From: Vicugna vicugna
Taxonomy: Eukaryota
DNA: 64,000 nucleotides
Assembly: GCA_013265495.1 (NCBI GenBank)
Contig: MU058065.1
Span: 3,139,003 to 3,203,002, forward strand
Direction of reading: 5' to 3'
The notes under the pieces are model-generated. The model saw nothing but the letters and a program-made list of their open reading frames with translations. It was not told the DNA's origin and did no database searches. Shown here one piece after another: positions 38,163-50,337 of this stretch; positions within the stretch are counted from its first letter, which is position 1, and every line of letters starts with the position of its first letter. The translations under genes were made by a program, and so were the position numbers.

Positions 38163-40249
38163 CATCTACTTAAAAATATTTTCTCCAGATTTTTGGTGAC
38201 TTAAAACTTTAAAGTTTTATGAAAGTAACTTAAGTGATGGAAATTTGTTAAGTATTTAAATTAACCCCAAATAAAATAAGATATCAAAATATTAATTACT
38301 AAACATAGCCTTCCTTTTACAGAGAAGCTAAAGATACTTAAGTCTACTAATAAAAATGTTTGGTGCCACATTGAATATTTTTCTATAAAAAGGTACATAT
38401 TTTTTGAAAATTATAAACAATATTTATAAGTTTGCCAGTCTGCAGAACACTAATGTAAATGTTCGTAATTGCTTCTTAGTTTTCATTATAAATCATTTCT
38501 AAAAGTTAAGAATTCTAATTAACATGTAATTAAAACTAAAATTAATAAGGAAAACATCTTTGCATGAATGAAAAAAAGGTATAAGGAATGTAAATATATT
38601 TTATTAAGGGAAAAGAAAGTAATTTTGTTCTGGAGAGAGAGAAAGAAAGAAAAAGTATAGGACAAAATCTGAAAACAAAAGGGAAGTTATAGAAGGAAAA
38701 GGAGTCTTGGAGAAAAGAGTTTAGAATATGGTTAGGATTGGCTACGATTAAAATAAAATTTCATTGTGTAAGCAAATTTTAATATTAAAAGCTGTTACAA
38801 AACTAGAAATTGCTTTTCTCTCTGTGTTAAGAGAACAAAGGTTTCTGGGAATACTGATCTGCTTTTAATAACAGGTTATAAAATTTCTTTACTGCCTTTT
38901 AAGTAATCTATTGCAACTTCTTGTATTTGCCCTTTAAATCATTTATTGTCATTTGGTTGAATACATAAGTATTGTTTCACAGTGCCCTCTGATCCTATTT
39001 GACCAAATGTTTTAAAACCTGTTGATATCTTTGAAAAACTTCCCCAAGTCAAATTCTAAATGAAGTTCTTCTGACCTTTAGCTAAATTTGGGATGCTTCA
39101 AAGGGCACCTGAAACATGCCAAAGAGAAAAATTAAACTAATTAAGTGTATCTGGTATGGAAACCTTGTCAAATAAGTGATGATAAACCTCCCTAGGTTAT
39201 ATTGTATGGATAAATGTCATTAATATAGATATTTTTTAAATTATATGGAATTCCTAAAAATCTGTTATGTCCTGGTATAATGTTATCAGTCGCAATTTTA
39301 GTTATCTTAAAATGTTATGTCACAGAAATAATCAAGTTTCTTATCAGTTGCCTTGTAATCAGATCTTTAACCATGCTGCTTTAAGTCTTTTGTCATTTAT
39401 AGACATTGTTTTACTCTGATGCTTTTGTAAAATGAAGATCTTCAAGAAGATTCATAAAAAAGACTTTTGACAAATATAAGTTTCTGGTGACTTTTAGATC
39501 ATACCACTGAACTAGGTAAGAAATTATAAAACTAATGGAAAACCTGAGGGCTTTAACCAGATCAATAAGAATTGATTACATGGGATTGAATGAACTGATA
39601 AATATGATTTATAATTTTATAACTTTTGTCCAAAATATTACTGGCCTTTAATCTTTGTTTTCCAGAAAACCTTTCCTCTTATGCTCATTATGACCTACAA
39701 CAGGTTGATAAAGTGTACCTCTGTAGACAAAGATGAAAAATTTATCTTTTTCTCTCTAGCTGATTCCTCCAGAATTTGGTTTCTCTAGCTGGCTCCCCTC
39801 TGTACTTAATGTCTTATTGTGACCAGATTATAGCCAGTTGTATGAATCATTATTTTAATTTGCTCTTTCTTTTGTTGTTTTCAAATTGTTTATGTTTTGT
39901 GTCTCTCTCTCTGCAGTATTATGACCTTGTTGATGTTACTAGCTGTATTATTTATATCCTGTTGATTTTATAAGATTGTTGTCTCTTGCACTACCCGATG
40001 TGTAACCGGGCCTCCAATCAAATTAATGATGGCTAAACATCTTGAGAAAATTGATCATATATATAACTCTATATAAAATCATTGTAGTAGCACAACTCTA
40101 GGTATGGGAAGAAGCGACAAGGGAAAACATTTCCTGGATCATAAAAGACCAGTAAAGCAGATGATTCAGAGAATTTTAGGTTATCAATAGGGCCTAATCC
40201 AAAAATAGTACATTGAGTGACCCATTAACTTTTCTTTCCTATCCAACTA

Positions 40250-40678
40250 GAAATTAAAATCAAGCCATCAGCCACTGCAGTCAACCCTCCAATGAATGGT
40301 GCGCCCTGAGGGGAATTCAGGATGGAGAAAAACAGAAAGCCTTCTGTGCTGGATTCTGACCCTACATATTTAAGATGCTTATCTCAGGAATAATTTCAAC
40401 GAACCCAGACTCTTGCGTCTTCCCATGCAGAGAAAAGCACTATAATCATTAACTTGAGAAGTCTGGGTTTTGTGATTAGCAGTAATCTTTTGATCTTCAA
40501 CTACACGTTTTGTTTTTTTCAGCAAAAACTTCTATATGTGCTGGCTCCTCCCTTACCTCTTCAGAACAGTTCCTCAGAGCTATCTGAAAGGCTGTCTTCT
40601 GGGTTATAGTCCTCAGTAAGTTCCCCAAATAAAACTTAACTTGCAACTTTTAGGTTGTGTGTTTTTCTTCGGTCAACA
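40250..40678 (+). mobile_element. 3' LTR of the ERV (5' end deleted)
   Basis: Homologous to 634-1107; AATAAA at about 40628; ends in 'gtcaaca'. Confidence 0.8.
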
Positions 40679-40874
40679 GTCATTACTATTTTGAATGTTT
40701 CTGTTACAGCATTAGAATCAATACTCTCCCCCCGCCCCGCCCAACACACACACGAAAGTTTTGGTCAGTCAGACTCAACAGAAAACACAGAAATTTATGC
40801 AGGGTCCTTAACATTGAAGATCTAGGAGAATTCATTCTACATAATCCCAGAATATCACCTAGATTATTGAGGAA

Positions 40875-41065
40875 GGTTAGATTTATTTCACTTAGCACTG
40901 TGCCCTCAAGGATAATCACGCTGTCACAAATGGCAAGATTTCATTCTTTTTTATAAATCAGTAATATTTCATTATATCCATATGTATAATGTTAGCTAGC
41001 TAGCTAGTTAGATACCACATCTTTATCCATTCATCTGTCAATGGACATCTAGATTGTTTCCAATG
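40875..41065 (-). mobile_element. L1 fragment
   Basis: 'tttatccattcatctgtcaatggacatctagattgtttcca'. Confidence 0.75.
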
Positions 41066-41299
41066 AAATCTCGTTACCTAGTTTCAGAGATCTGATGAAA
41101 AGATTCCATTTGTCTATTGTTTGCTCTCTGTTTATGAGTCTCTCTAGAACCCCAAGTCCAGAAATGAGAGAAGGGGTCAACTGGGCCTACTGTGGGCAAA
41201 TTTCTGCCTCCTCCAGGGGATCCAATGAACTCTGGAAACATTCAGATGTGACTCAGGATACCCAAGAATTTTACAAATATATTGTGATGGATATGATCT

Positions 41300-41503
41300 G
41301 GAACTATTACAATTGCTACCATTTATTGAGGTATGTGCAGACATTGTGCTAAATCTTTTACGTAATATCTCATTAATCCAAAAAATATCCTTAGGCTCTT
41401 ATGTCTTATTATGTCTTATTTTAGTGGGCTCATATTATTATGTCTTATTTCAAAGAAAAAAACCAAGGCTCAGATAAGTGAAGAAATTTACTCAAGGTCA
41501 TTC
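41300..41503 (+). mobile_element. MIR fragment
   Basis: 'accatttattgagg...aaaccaaggctcaga...aaggtca'. Confidence 0.55.
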
Positions 41504-42101
41504 TGAGACAGGAGGGAAGAGGGCAGGGCACAGCCCATCAAGGAATGACAGCAATTTAACTCCAAAATGGTGGAAGATTCACTTCTTAGTTGGTGTTGAG
41601 GATTAAGAGGTTTAACTTCTAGTAGAACTTGATCTTCATTATATGCTCATTGTAACAGCATGATCAAATAATACGCCTACAGGTGCCATGACAGCCCTAA
41701 GGCCAACCACAAAAGGCCAAAGAATCCAGGGCAGTTGGATTGATTCCACCTGTAGGTGTGTGAAGCTACTGACACCATAAAACATGGCAACACCATGCCT
41801 AGTGGCCATTTCACTCTTTCCCCTTTGGAGATGGCCCGCACTCTGTCTATGGAGTGTGCACCTACTTTTACTTTAACCTGAGCACCCAATTCCCACACCT
41901 CTTTCCTTTCATTTCTCTTGCCTTACACTCTATGAAGTGTGTATCTCTCTAAATAAATCTACCTTAACTCAAAGGTGGCTCACACTTGAATTCTTTCCTG
42001 TGTGAAGCCAAGGACCGACACTCGGTAGGGCACGTCCCAGGGGCTCAACCGAGACCTGGGACTCGGCCCTCCTCAAGCCCCAAATCCGCTTTCCTGCATT
42101 A
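41504..42101 (+). mobile_element. Family A solo LTR, copy 4
   Basis: tgagacagg...ctgcatta; reverse complement of copies 1-3; AATAAA at about 41952. Confidence 0.9.
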
Positions 42102-42795
42102 ATCTGAAGGCGTCTGCCTCTGAAGTTATGTTCCTAAAAAGTTCTAGAACCAACGTTGGCCTGGGGGCAACCCTCACCTAATACAGAATCAAAAGGCCTG
42201 GTCAAGTACCACAACTAAATCAGCCTTCGCCCATGTTCAAATCCCATCCTCAAATTGCCGCTTGGATTTTGGCTTCAAGGGAGAAACAAACAGCAGTGTT
42301 CCATTTTTGTTGTTGAAACGTCATTGAAACAGCTCATTGTTTTCTTTAATCCGAGTCCCCTGTGAGCCAACAAATTGTCAGCACACAAACTGAAAGCGGT
42401 TCTAACACAATGACTGCTGAGTGTGTGTGATAAGAAGATGTAATGGAAGCTGGTGAGAAGGACTCGTAGGCAGTCCTGCTATCTTGATTGTCAATGATGA
42501 CAATGAGTTCATGTGAGGACATAGCCTTGCTCAAAATTCAGCATCTGTTTTCTCTTCAGAAGCTTTGAATTATTCATTTGACTTCCCTGGTGGTTTACCA
42601 TTTGCTTTTGAAAAATATAAGAATATTTATAATTTAGTACCTTAAGTATTTTGTTTAAAATATTAAATATTTTAATGTAGAACTCACTGGGTTTCACTGT
42701 CATTATTTCGCATCCTCATACTTCAGATAATAAATAGGCAAATGCATGTAACAATAGTTCTTTGGACCACAGTAAGTATTAATATTAAAGCTCAT

Positions 42796-42910
42796 CACAA
42801 CATTGTAAACTGACTATGCTTCAATTAAAAAATTATTACTAAAAAAATCACACCATGGACAAAATTATGGTTATGAGTAAATGTAATGAAATGGGTTTTA
42901 TTTTTTAAAA
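42796..42910 (+). mobile_element. Minimal L1 tail plus extra sequence, TSD-bounded
   Basis: TSD aaagctcat at 42787-42795 and 42911-42919. Confidence 0.7.
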
Positions 42911-43494
42911 AAAGCTCATATGTCTTCCTATCTCTCTTCTGCAGTGTTCCTACTATGGAGTACCTTTTATTTTATTTATTTATTTTTTTTTTTAACTATG
43001 TTAACATCTCATTTTAGTACCTTCCTATAAAGTTTGTGGAGCTCCTTTTAAACTAAAGCGTAGTCCAGGCTCACTACCAGGTTAAGCCAAGTTCATTTAT
43101 TAAAACCTCATCAGTTCAGATGCTGCGTTTGGGACTTGGGAAGGCCTTGGCTGTGTGTTTTCTTGATGTTGGGGTAGAAGCAGCTACTCTTATGCCACCT
43201 TAATTCCATCCACCCCTTTCCCACATAGCCTAATTCTGCAAAACATGAATAAAAGAAAAACTCACTGTGGCTATTCTCCATCGTTTTGACTTCAATTAAA
43301 ATAGCAAAATTGTTTACTAAACCAGGAGCAAAGAACAGTGAATCATGTTAAGCTTGAAAGAAATAAAGCCAAATTAAAAAAATGAAAACAAAAACAAGAA
43401 CAAAGCCATGCCATCAGTAATCGCTGAAATGCTACCCTCCAGAATGGTTTCACCAAGGGGTATACCTTGTTCTCAAATTCAGTTATGGAAGCAA

Positions 43495-43860
43495 ACTCAC
43501 CAATTCAATAAATGTTTACTAAGTCCCTCTGCCATACAGACATTGTACCTCAGGGGTGAACATACAAACAAACAAAAGCATACATAAGAAAAAGTCATGA
43601 CTTCCTACACTCAAAGATCTTACAATCTTGCAGGGGAAAATGTTGCAGACTGGTAAAAAGCATCTAAGTATGGGTGTGAATATGGTGCTTTAGGAATACC
43701 AACATGAGAGAAGCTCTCCCATCTGCCGAGACTGGTCAGAGAAGGTTTTGTGAAAGGGAAGCACTTATATCTGATGGGCACTGAAGGGCTGTAGCAGCAA
43801 ATGCTGGGAGGCTGAAGGATGGGAGGTGGGGACGACCTTCCAGGCAGAAGGCGGCATATG
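43495..43860 (-). mobile_element. L2 fragment
   Basis: 'caattcaataaatgtttactaag...ctcaaagatcttacaatct...gtcagagaaggtttt'. Confidence 0.5.
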
Positions 43861-44649
43861 AACAGAGGCACACGTGTAGATAGGACTGGGGGTGAGTCTG
43901 ACTATGCCCACAGCAATACTGGCAGGAAAAAGAAATGCGACAGTGGTTACCTCTCAGTTCTGGGATTAGAGGTAAATCAATTGCATCTTTATCATTCTGG
44001 GTTTTTTCCACAGTGTGTACAAACAGAATGTTAAATTTTTGAATAAGAACAAATAACTTCTTTTTTTAAGGGAGTGGTGTATTCGGGCATATAGCTAGGA
44101 AGTGAAGAGAGATCAAGATGCTGAGGGCGGGGCAATAAGCCTGAAAAAGAAGCTGTGGTTAGGACGGCCCCAGATTCCCCCTGAGTTAAGGGGATTGACC
44201 TATATCTGTAAGCAGTGATTCTCAACTAGGAGCTTGAAAAATACTGATGCCCAGGTCATACCCAGACTAACTAACGAATAGAGAGTCTCTGGAGATGCAA
44301 TTCAGGCCCCAGTAAAGTGGGGTGGATACAGCCAGACGCAGATGCTCTACCTAGAATTAGTGCACTCTGGTGAGGAGAACTGGAGGCCGGGAAAGGGGCC
44401 ATCAGACCAGAAGGAAGAAGGAAAGCACTGAGGAGGGTAGTGATCGATGGTATTTTAGGGTTAAGAGAGGGAGGAATATGGTAGATAAAGGAGGGGAAAA
44501 GGGTATTTCAGGCAGAGGAAAGGATATTTCAAGCAGATGCACAAGGACATGGAATGCTTGGATGGAAGCAGGAAGCAATCTTGTGACTAGAAGAACATGC
44601 AGAGAGGAGATGAGAATGGTGAGGTTGGTGATAGTGGGTTAATCTATTT

Positions 44650-44806
44650 TATTATTTAATATTTTATTTATTTAATTATTTTATTTTGGCCGGGGCAGGG
44701 GGAGGTAATTAGGTTTGTTTATTTTTAGAGGAGGTGCTGGGGATTGAACACAAGACCTCGTGCGTGCTAAGCATGCGCTCTACCACTTGAGCTATACCCT
44801 CCCCCA
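44650..44806 (-). mobile_element. Vic-1-type SINE
   Basis: TSD aatctattt at 44641-44649 and 44807-44815. Confidence 0.9.
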
Positions 44807-45703
44807 AATCTATTTAAGAATATTACCATTAAATCCTTGGCTTCTTATGCAACAGAATGTGATTTGTTGAGGGCCAGTGATCAGTTATGTTCCTGACTAC
44901 TATTGTGTTATTTTAGATTTTCAATTAATTTCATCTTTCAAGCTTTAGATAAATGGATTCTGTGGTTAGTTCTAATTGACCAATGCTTAGAAGCTTCAGT
45001 TGGCTTTATTATGAATAACGATGTTACCATTTTAAACTCTGGAGTCTGTGGGTCTAGAATTGCTCAGCCTCAGCACTGTTGCCTTTATGTGCTGGATCTT
45101 CCTTTCTTGGGGACAGGGGCTGTCCTGTGTGTTCTGAAGATGTTGAGCAGTATTCCCAGCCTCTACCAACGAGGAGCCAGGAACATCCCCCCTCCCAACT
45201 CCCCCTAGGTGTGGCGACCAAAACTACACAAGACCTCGTGCGTGCTAAGAATGCGCTCTACCACTTGAGCTATACCCTCCCCCAAATCTATTTAAGAATA
45301 TTACCATTAAATCCTTGGCTTCTTATGCAACAGAATGTGATTTGTTGAGGGCCAGTGATCAGTTATGTTCCTGACTACTATTGTGTTATTTTAGATTTTC
45401 AATTAATTTCATCTTTCAAGCTTTAGATAAATGGATTCTGTGGTTAGTTCTAATTGACCAATGCTTAGAAGCTTCAGTTGGCTTTATTATGAATAACGAT
45501 GTTACCATTTTAAACTCTGGAGTCTGTGGGTCTAGAATTGCTCAGCCTCAGCACTGTTGCCTTTATGTGCTGGATCTTCCTTTCTTGGGGACAGGGGCTG
45601 TCCTGTGTGTTCTGAAGATGTTGAGCAGTATTCCCAGCCTCTACCAACGAGGAGCCAGGAACATCCCCCCTCCCAACTCCCCCTAGGTGTGGCGACCAAA
45701 ACT
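44748..45703 (+). repeat. Direct tandem duplication, 2 x 478 bp
   Basis: 44748-45225 equals 45226-45703 except for one visible substitution (ctaagcatg/ctaagaatg); the ORFs at 44903 and 45381 are identical. Confidence 0.97.
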
Positions 45704-45782
45704 GTCTCCGGTCATTGGCAAATGCCCGTGGGGAGTAAAATCACCACTCCCTCCTCCAGCTCCCCCAAATGAGAACCACAGG
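45535..45782 (-). mobile_element. MER20 hAT transposon (partial duplicate at 45057-45225)
   Basis: 'ctcagcctcagcact...ggggctgtcctgtg...gaccaaaactgtctcc...gagaacca'. Confidence 0.75.
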
Positions 45783-45801
45783 TCTGGAGTCTAATTCTAG
45801 A

Positions 45802-46008
45802 CCAATTCTTCTCAAACTGTGTGCGTGCGTGTGCGTGTGCTTGTGCGTGCACACGCAAGAGCATGTGAATTCCCTGGGGATCTTGTTAAAAGACAAATTC
45901 TGATTTTTGTGGTACTGGGATATGGAGCCTGAGGTTTTGCATTTGTAACAAGCTTTAAGGTGAAGCTGCTGCTGTTACTCTAGGAATGAGGTTTTTGAGC
46001 AACCAGGC
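45802..46008. mobile_element. MER5A-like hAT transposon
   Basis: 'ttcttctcaaact...cctggggatcttgttaaaa...gcatttgtaacaagct'. Confidence 0.65.
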
Positions 46009-46926
46009 TCTGAATCCTATGTATAGTAAGTGTTAAAATAAATGCTGATTTCAGTGGGGACAGGAATCATGTTTATTGCAGCGCTCCATCAATGCATCTG
46101 AGAATTGATCATGACCTCTGAGTATTTTCACTCGATACCATTTTATAAAATTCATGGTTACATGGGCCCAGGAGTATATTGAATGCCATAATCTTGTAGC
46201 CTGCCACCTGTGTTACTTTATGTGTGTAATACTATTCACCTGGAAAGGTTTTTCTTTAACTGCCACATTGTTAATCCTTTCCAATGGCAAGAAGTGCAAT
46301 TATAATTTGATCTTCACTGAAAGCAAATGTTTCCACTTGGTCATGTGATACTCTTGTTCTAATCACACTCCATTTTCTAATCAAAGTCCATTTTTGAATC
46401 GTGGGCAAAATGTGATCCCTTTAAATAGCCTAGGAGTCTATCTTAGAGCTGACGTATATTCAAATTGTCCACCAGATGAGCCTCACATGATGGAACAGAT
46501 GTGATTCAGAAGAGTTGAACTGGAAAATGCATTTCTCAAAATTAAATAATATTTTCTCCAACTTACATAATTGGAAGTAATATTTTCCCTGAAATGATAC
46601 CCTTAGAAGACAGTATCCAGGAAGCTCTTATTGCTAAGAATTCTTTCCACATCTATTCAGTTCACAAATACATACTGACCCTCTGCAACGGGGCAGGGAC
46701 AGTTGCAAGAGCTGGCCAGAGAGCTGTGAGCCTAGCAGACAACACAGGAGATCCTTTCACAGAGTGTGATGAGCGCCCAGAAGAAAAACAGTGATGTGAT
46801 GGTGACATAGGAGGTGGTGCAAGTGGTCAGGGAGGCCTCTCCCAGGAAGTGTTGCCTGCAAGGTGAGGTCCCATCAGGAAGGAGATGGCCCTGCGGAGAT
46901 CTGGAGGAAGGACATTTCAGAGGAAG

Positions 46927-47475
46927 TGTTAGAGCAGGTAGGGAGCTAAATATGAGCAGAGAAAGGCGGACATGGGCAAATGGCAGAAAATCATATCTCT
47001 TGTAAACAACAGGGGTCCTGGGACAGACCAAGAAAAACAGGATCCTCTGGATTGATAAAAATAACCATGCCTTCTGGGTTAATAAGTGTCCCGGAGGCAG
47101 AAGGGTGGGACAGGACAGGAATCCCCACCCTGCGAATGTCACCTTTTGATCATTATGACCTCATCCAACTTCCCCATCAAGACTAAATAAGGATGAAAAA
47201 TCCCTCCTCCCCACCTGGGAAAGTGGAGCTGGGATGAAGATCAAGATAGATGACCCCAAACCCCTCCCCACCAATAAATATTCTGCCCATACATTTTTAC
47301 ACTCATAAAGAGCTTGCTAAGGAAACTCAGGGCAGCCACTCACCTGGGTCGGCCTGCTCTTTCCTTGAGAGCTTACTACCTAACCCTTAATAAATCCTTC
47401 CTTTGCTCTCTTAACCTCCGCATCTTGTCTCTGAATTCTTTCTGTGACAAGGCTAGAACCTCTCGAACCCCAACA
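46927..47475 (+). mobile_element. ERV solo LTR inserted in an L2 remnant
   Basis: tgttagag...ccaaca; perfect TSD gaag/gaag; AATAAA at about 47389. Confidence 0.8.
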
Positions 47476-47636
47476 GAAGGAGATGTGATCTAAGAATAGT
47501 GGACTGAGCATAAAGGAAGAGGAAAGAGCTGAGAAGAAAAGAGCTCAGCTCAGCCACTCACGAGCTCTAGGAAGCTGAGCAAAGATCCCTGATCCTTTCT
47601 AGATCTGTGTCTGCAAAATCGGGGGGTGACATAGAT

Positions 47637-47790
47637 CAGTGGTTCTCAAATTTGGCCGCATATTGGAATCACCTGGGAAACTTTCCAAAGGCTGATGACT
47701 CCATTGGTCCGGGAGCCGCCTCGGGCATGGGGACTTTTCACAATCCCCGGGTGATTCTAATGTACTCAGAAAGCCGCCTGAGAGCCCTGA
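47637..47790. mobile_element. MER5A-like hAT transposon
   Basis: 'cagtggttctcaaa...ggaatcacctggg...gtgattctaatg'. Confidence 0.7.
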
Positions 47791-49743
47791 ACTGGGTTAA
47801 CTGTGACGTTCTGCCTGACCCCTACCACCTGCGGACACAGGGTTGACCCTGTGGCGATGTTAAGTGACCTCAGCCAGCTCAGCCTCCCTGGTGTCTCCAG
47901 CGGCTGGATGTGGGGAGCTGACCTGGATTTCTCCACCCTCTTTCATATTATTATTATTCTAGGACATGGTTAGAGTGTTTGCTTATTTAACCACAGGTCT
48001 GAAACCCCGTCTTTCTCTCGGCTGGAGGAGGTAACGTGATATTCCCTGCAGGGTTTTTTTTTTGTTTTTTTTTTTTTTTTTTTTTTTTGTCTCTTAGCCT
48101 CTCTGAAGCAAATGGACTTTTCCAACCCTTTCAACTGTAGCATGAAAAGAGGACGACAGTCACGACAGGCATTTCCTTTATATGTGGTGGCAAACAAAAA
48201 ACAGCTCTCAGCTTGCTGCCCAGGTAAACCCAAGACAAATTTAGAAACATCGAACTTGGACCATCAACAAAACAGGGTGAGAACATTTGTTTTGCGCTTC
48301 GACGATTCCATTCCCCCATTAAAAAAAAAAATTCTGTAAGATCTAATCCAAAAGGACATGTAGTGCTTTCAAAGGCCAAAGCTCACTCAAGGGTTTAGCT
48401 CCATGAATGACTGAGGCCGCTAAATTCCAGCTCAAGCAGATTAGCCAAGTTAAGTCTTCGGCATTAGGGTCCCCACTAATGCCCAGGCCCGCTGAGAAGC
48501 TGTCAGCCCTCCTTGTCACAAATCCTCCCCAAACTTCCAATAATAGCAACTTAATCTATGAAGAAGGCAACAAAGGGAGTGATCTGAGTACAGCCTGTGC
48601 TGCTAAGCCGTCCTTTAGAAATGGAATGTGATCCGCATGGGTAATTTTAAATTCTCCAGTAGCCGCCTTAAACAAGTCAAGACAAAGAGCTGGTGTTCAG
48701 TTGAAATTAATATTCTCTTTTACCCCATAATGTTATTTCACTGCGCGATCCGTATCAAAACTTTGTCAAGGAGATGTTTTACACTCCTTTTGCTGCACCA
48801 GCCTTCAGACTCCTATGTCTATTTTACAACACATCTCAATTCAAACAAGATAGATTTCAAGGGTCAACAAGCCATCCCTGGTAGGGGCCCCTGGGGCCTC
48901 AGGGGATCCTGTTTTGTTTCTGCTGTGCTGACAGCAGGAGGGAAAAGGGACAGGTTGGCCTGAGGTGGGGGGAGCAGAACCATTTCTTTAAACAAATGAG
49001 ACACAGAAGATCCTACCTAAGGAGGCACATCGGGCAGTTCTTCCCTTGCCCAAGAGGCTCTGTGGTGGCTGGGATGAAGAAAGGCTTTGGGGTCAAGTAC
49101 ATTCAGGTTCAAATTCTGCCTGTTTCAGTGCAAGTCACCTGGTTTTAGGCTGCTTGCCTTTCTGAACCTTGCTTTCCTCACCTGTAAAAGGGGGGAAAAC
49201 TCCTTTTCATCTGACTCTTACGAGAAAGAAACGGAAACATTCGAAAGCTCCCAGCAGAGCACTGATGTCAAACTGGCCACCGAGGAAACAAGGACACCCT
49301 CTCTGATGCAGGTGTCCTTGCGGATGTCAGGGAACCTGTAAACATTTGCCGAGTTCGCTGTAAAATGGTGGCGTTCACGAGAGCAGCAGTTGTGAACCTG
49401 CTTCTCATCAACAGGTGCTCAAGAGCCTTAGCCCAGGGGGAGGGGTTGAAAGAAATCCGAAGGCTGTTCGTTTCTGTGCGTTTTCCTCTTACTTCTACTT
49501 TTAACAGGAACGGCTCTTTGGAGCCAGGTGCCACACCAATTGTTAACATGGCTCCAAGATTCAGTGACAATTTGAATTTGTCTTTTATTAAATTTTACAT
49601 TAGTGCTCTTTCCAATGCTTTGTCTTTAAAACAGAAGGCTGTCATTTGTTTTTCTCTCAGACACCCACCGTGTGATGGAAATCAGCCTTCCCTCACTCTC
49701 TGCTTCGGAGAAATCCCCCGAGAAGTACAAGCCCCTGTGCATG

Positions 49744-50337
49744 TGAAACTGACAGGAACCCGTGGGGCCCTCTCTGGTACAAGAGCCCCTCCGTGTCCCC
49801 CGTTTCTTGTTTGGAAAGAAAAGGCTTTAGGCTCCTAGGCTTTCCCTGAGTTCCAAAGGGCAAACTCAAGCAGTTAACGATTAAGACAGCAGAGTCATAG
49901 ACTCCCCGTTCCTCCTGGAGGGATACAGACAACAATCTGATGCATATCTTTGAGTCATTCAGCAAAATCTAAGACCCCCTCCCCTCAACCCCGTGGGGGA
50001 TGGTGGTGGAGGACGGTGACTACAAACTGACCGCAAGCATGCAGACCCTAGATTGGTTGGAATCAGAAGGTTGATGATTGAGATTCCCAAACATCACCCT
50101 CATCTCCAGCCAATCAGGAGAAGGTCCATAAGCTAATCAGGCGCCTGAAGACCCTCTCCCCTAACACTGTCTTTGAAAAACCTTGCCTAAGAGCCACCGG
50201 GGAGTTCAGGTCTTTTGAGCATAAGCTGCCTGCTCCCCTTGCTGGGAGCACTACAAATAAGCCCTCACTTTGCTGCAGACACCCAGTGTCAGCTTGGCTT
50301 TCTGCCTCTCGGGCACGCAAGTCCTTGCTCCGTCACA
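49744..50337 (+). mobile_element. ERV solo LTR family B (complete)
   Basis: tgaaactg...cgtcaca; TSD catg/cagg. Confidence 0.8.

Larger units (their letters stand above)
33330..40250 (+). mobile_element. Degenerate non-autonomous ERV internal region (pro remnant, AT-rich interior, env-TM remnant) interrupted by L1 and LTR insertions
   Basis: Protease-like fragments at 33370-33760 (KFLGVL; PNYI/GIDIM; IELPKP); AT-rich MER4-group-int-like sequence continuous across the TSD-bounded insertions; TM-like segment at 39921-40076; followed by a 3' LTR. Confidence 0.65.

Noticed and set aside
36086..41898. Repeated small ORFs beginning MWELGAQVKV (36086, 37729, 41677; similar at 26408)
   Set aside because: They are antisense frames of homologous LTR copies with GTG starts, not a peptide gene family.
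44903..45686. Two identical 101-aa ORFs
   Set aside because: A by-product of the tandem duplication; TTG start and partly MER20-derived.
45818..45858. Alternating purine-pyrimidine tract (possible Z-DNA)
   Set aside because: An ordinary degenerate microsatellite within a MER5A-like element.
46468..46482. CTCF-like ccaccagatgagc
   Set aside because: Mismatch in the GGC core and no independent support.
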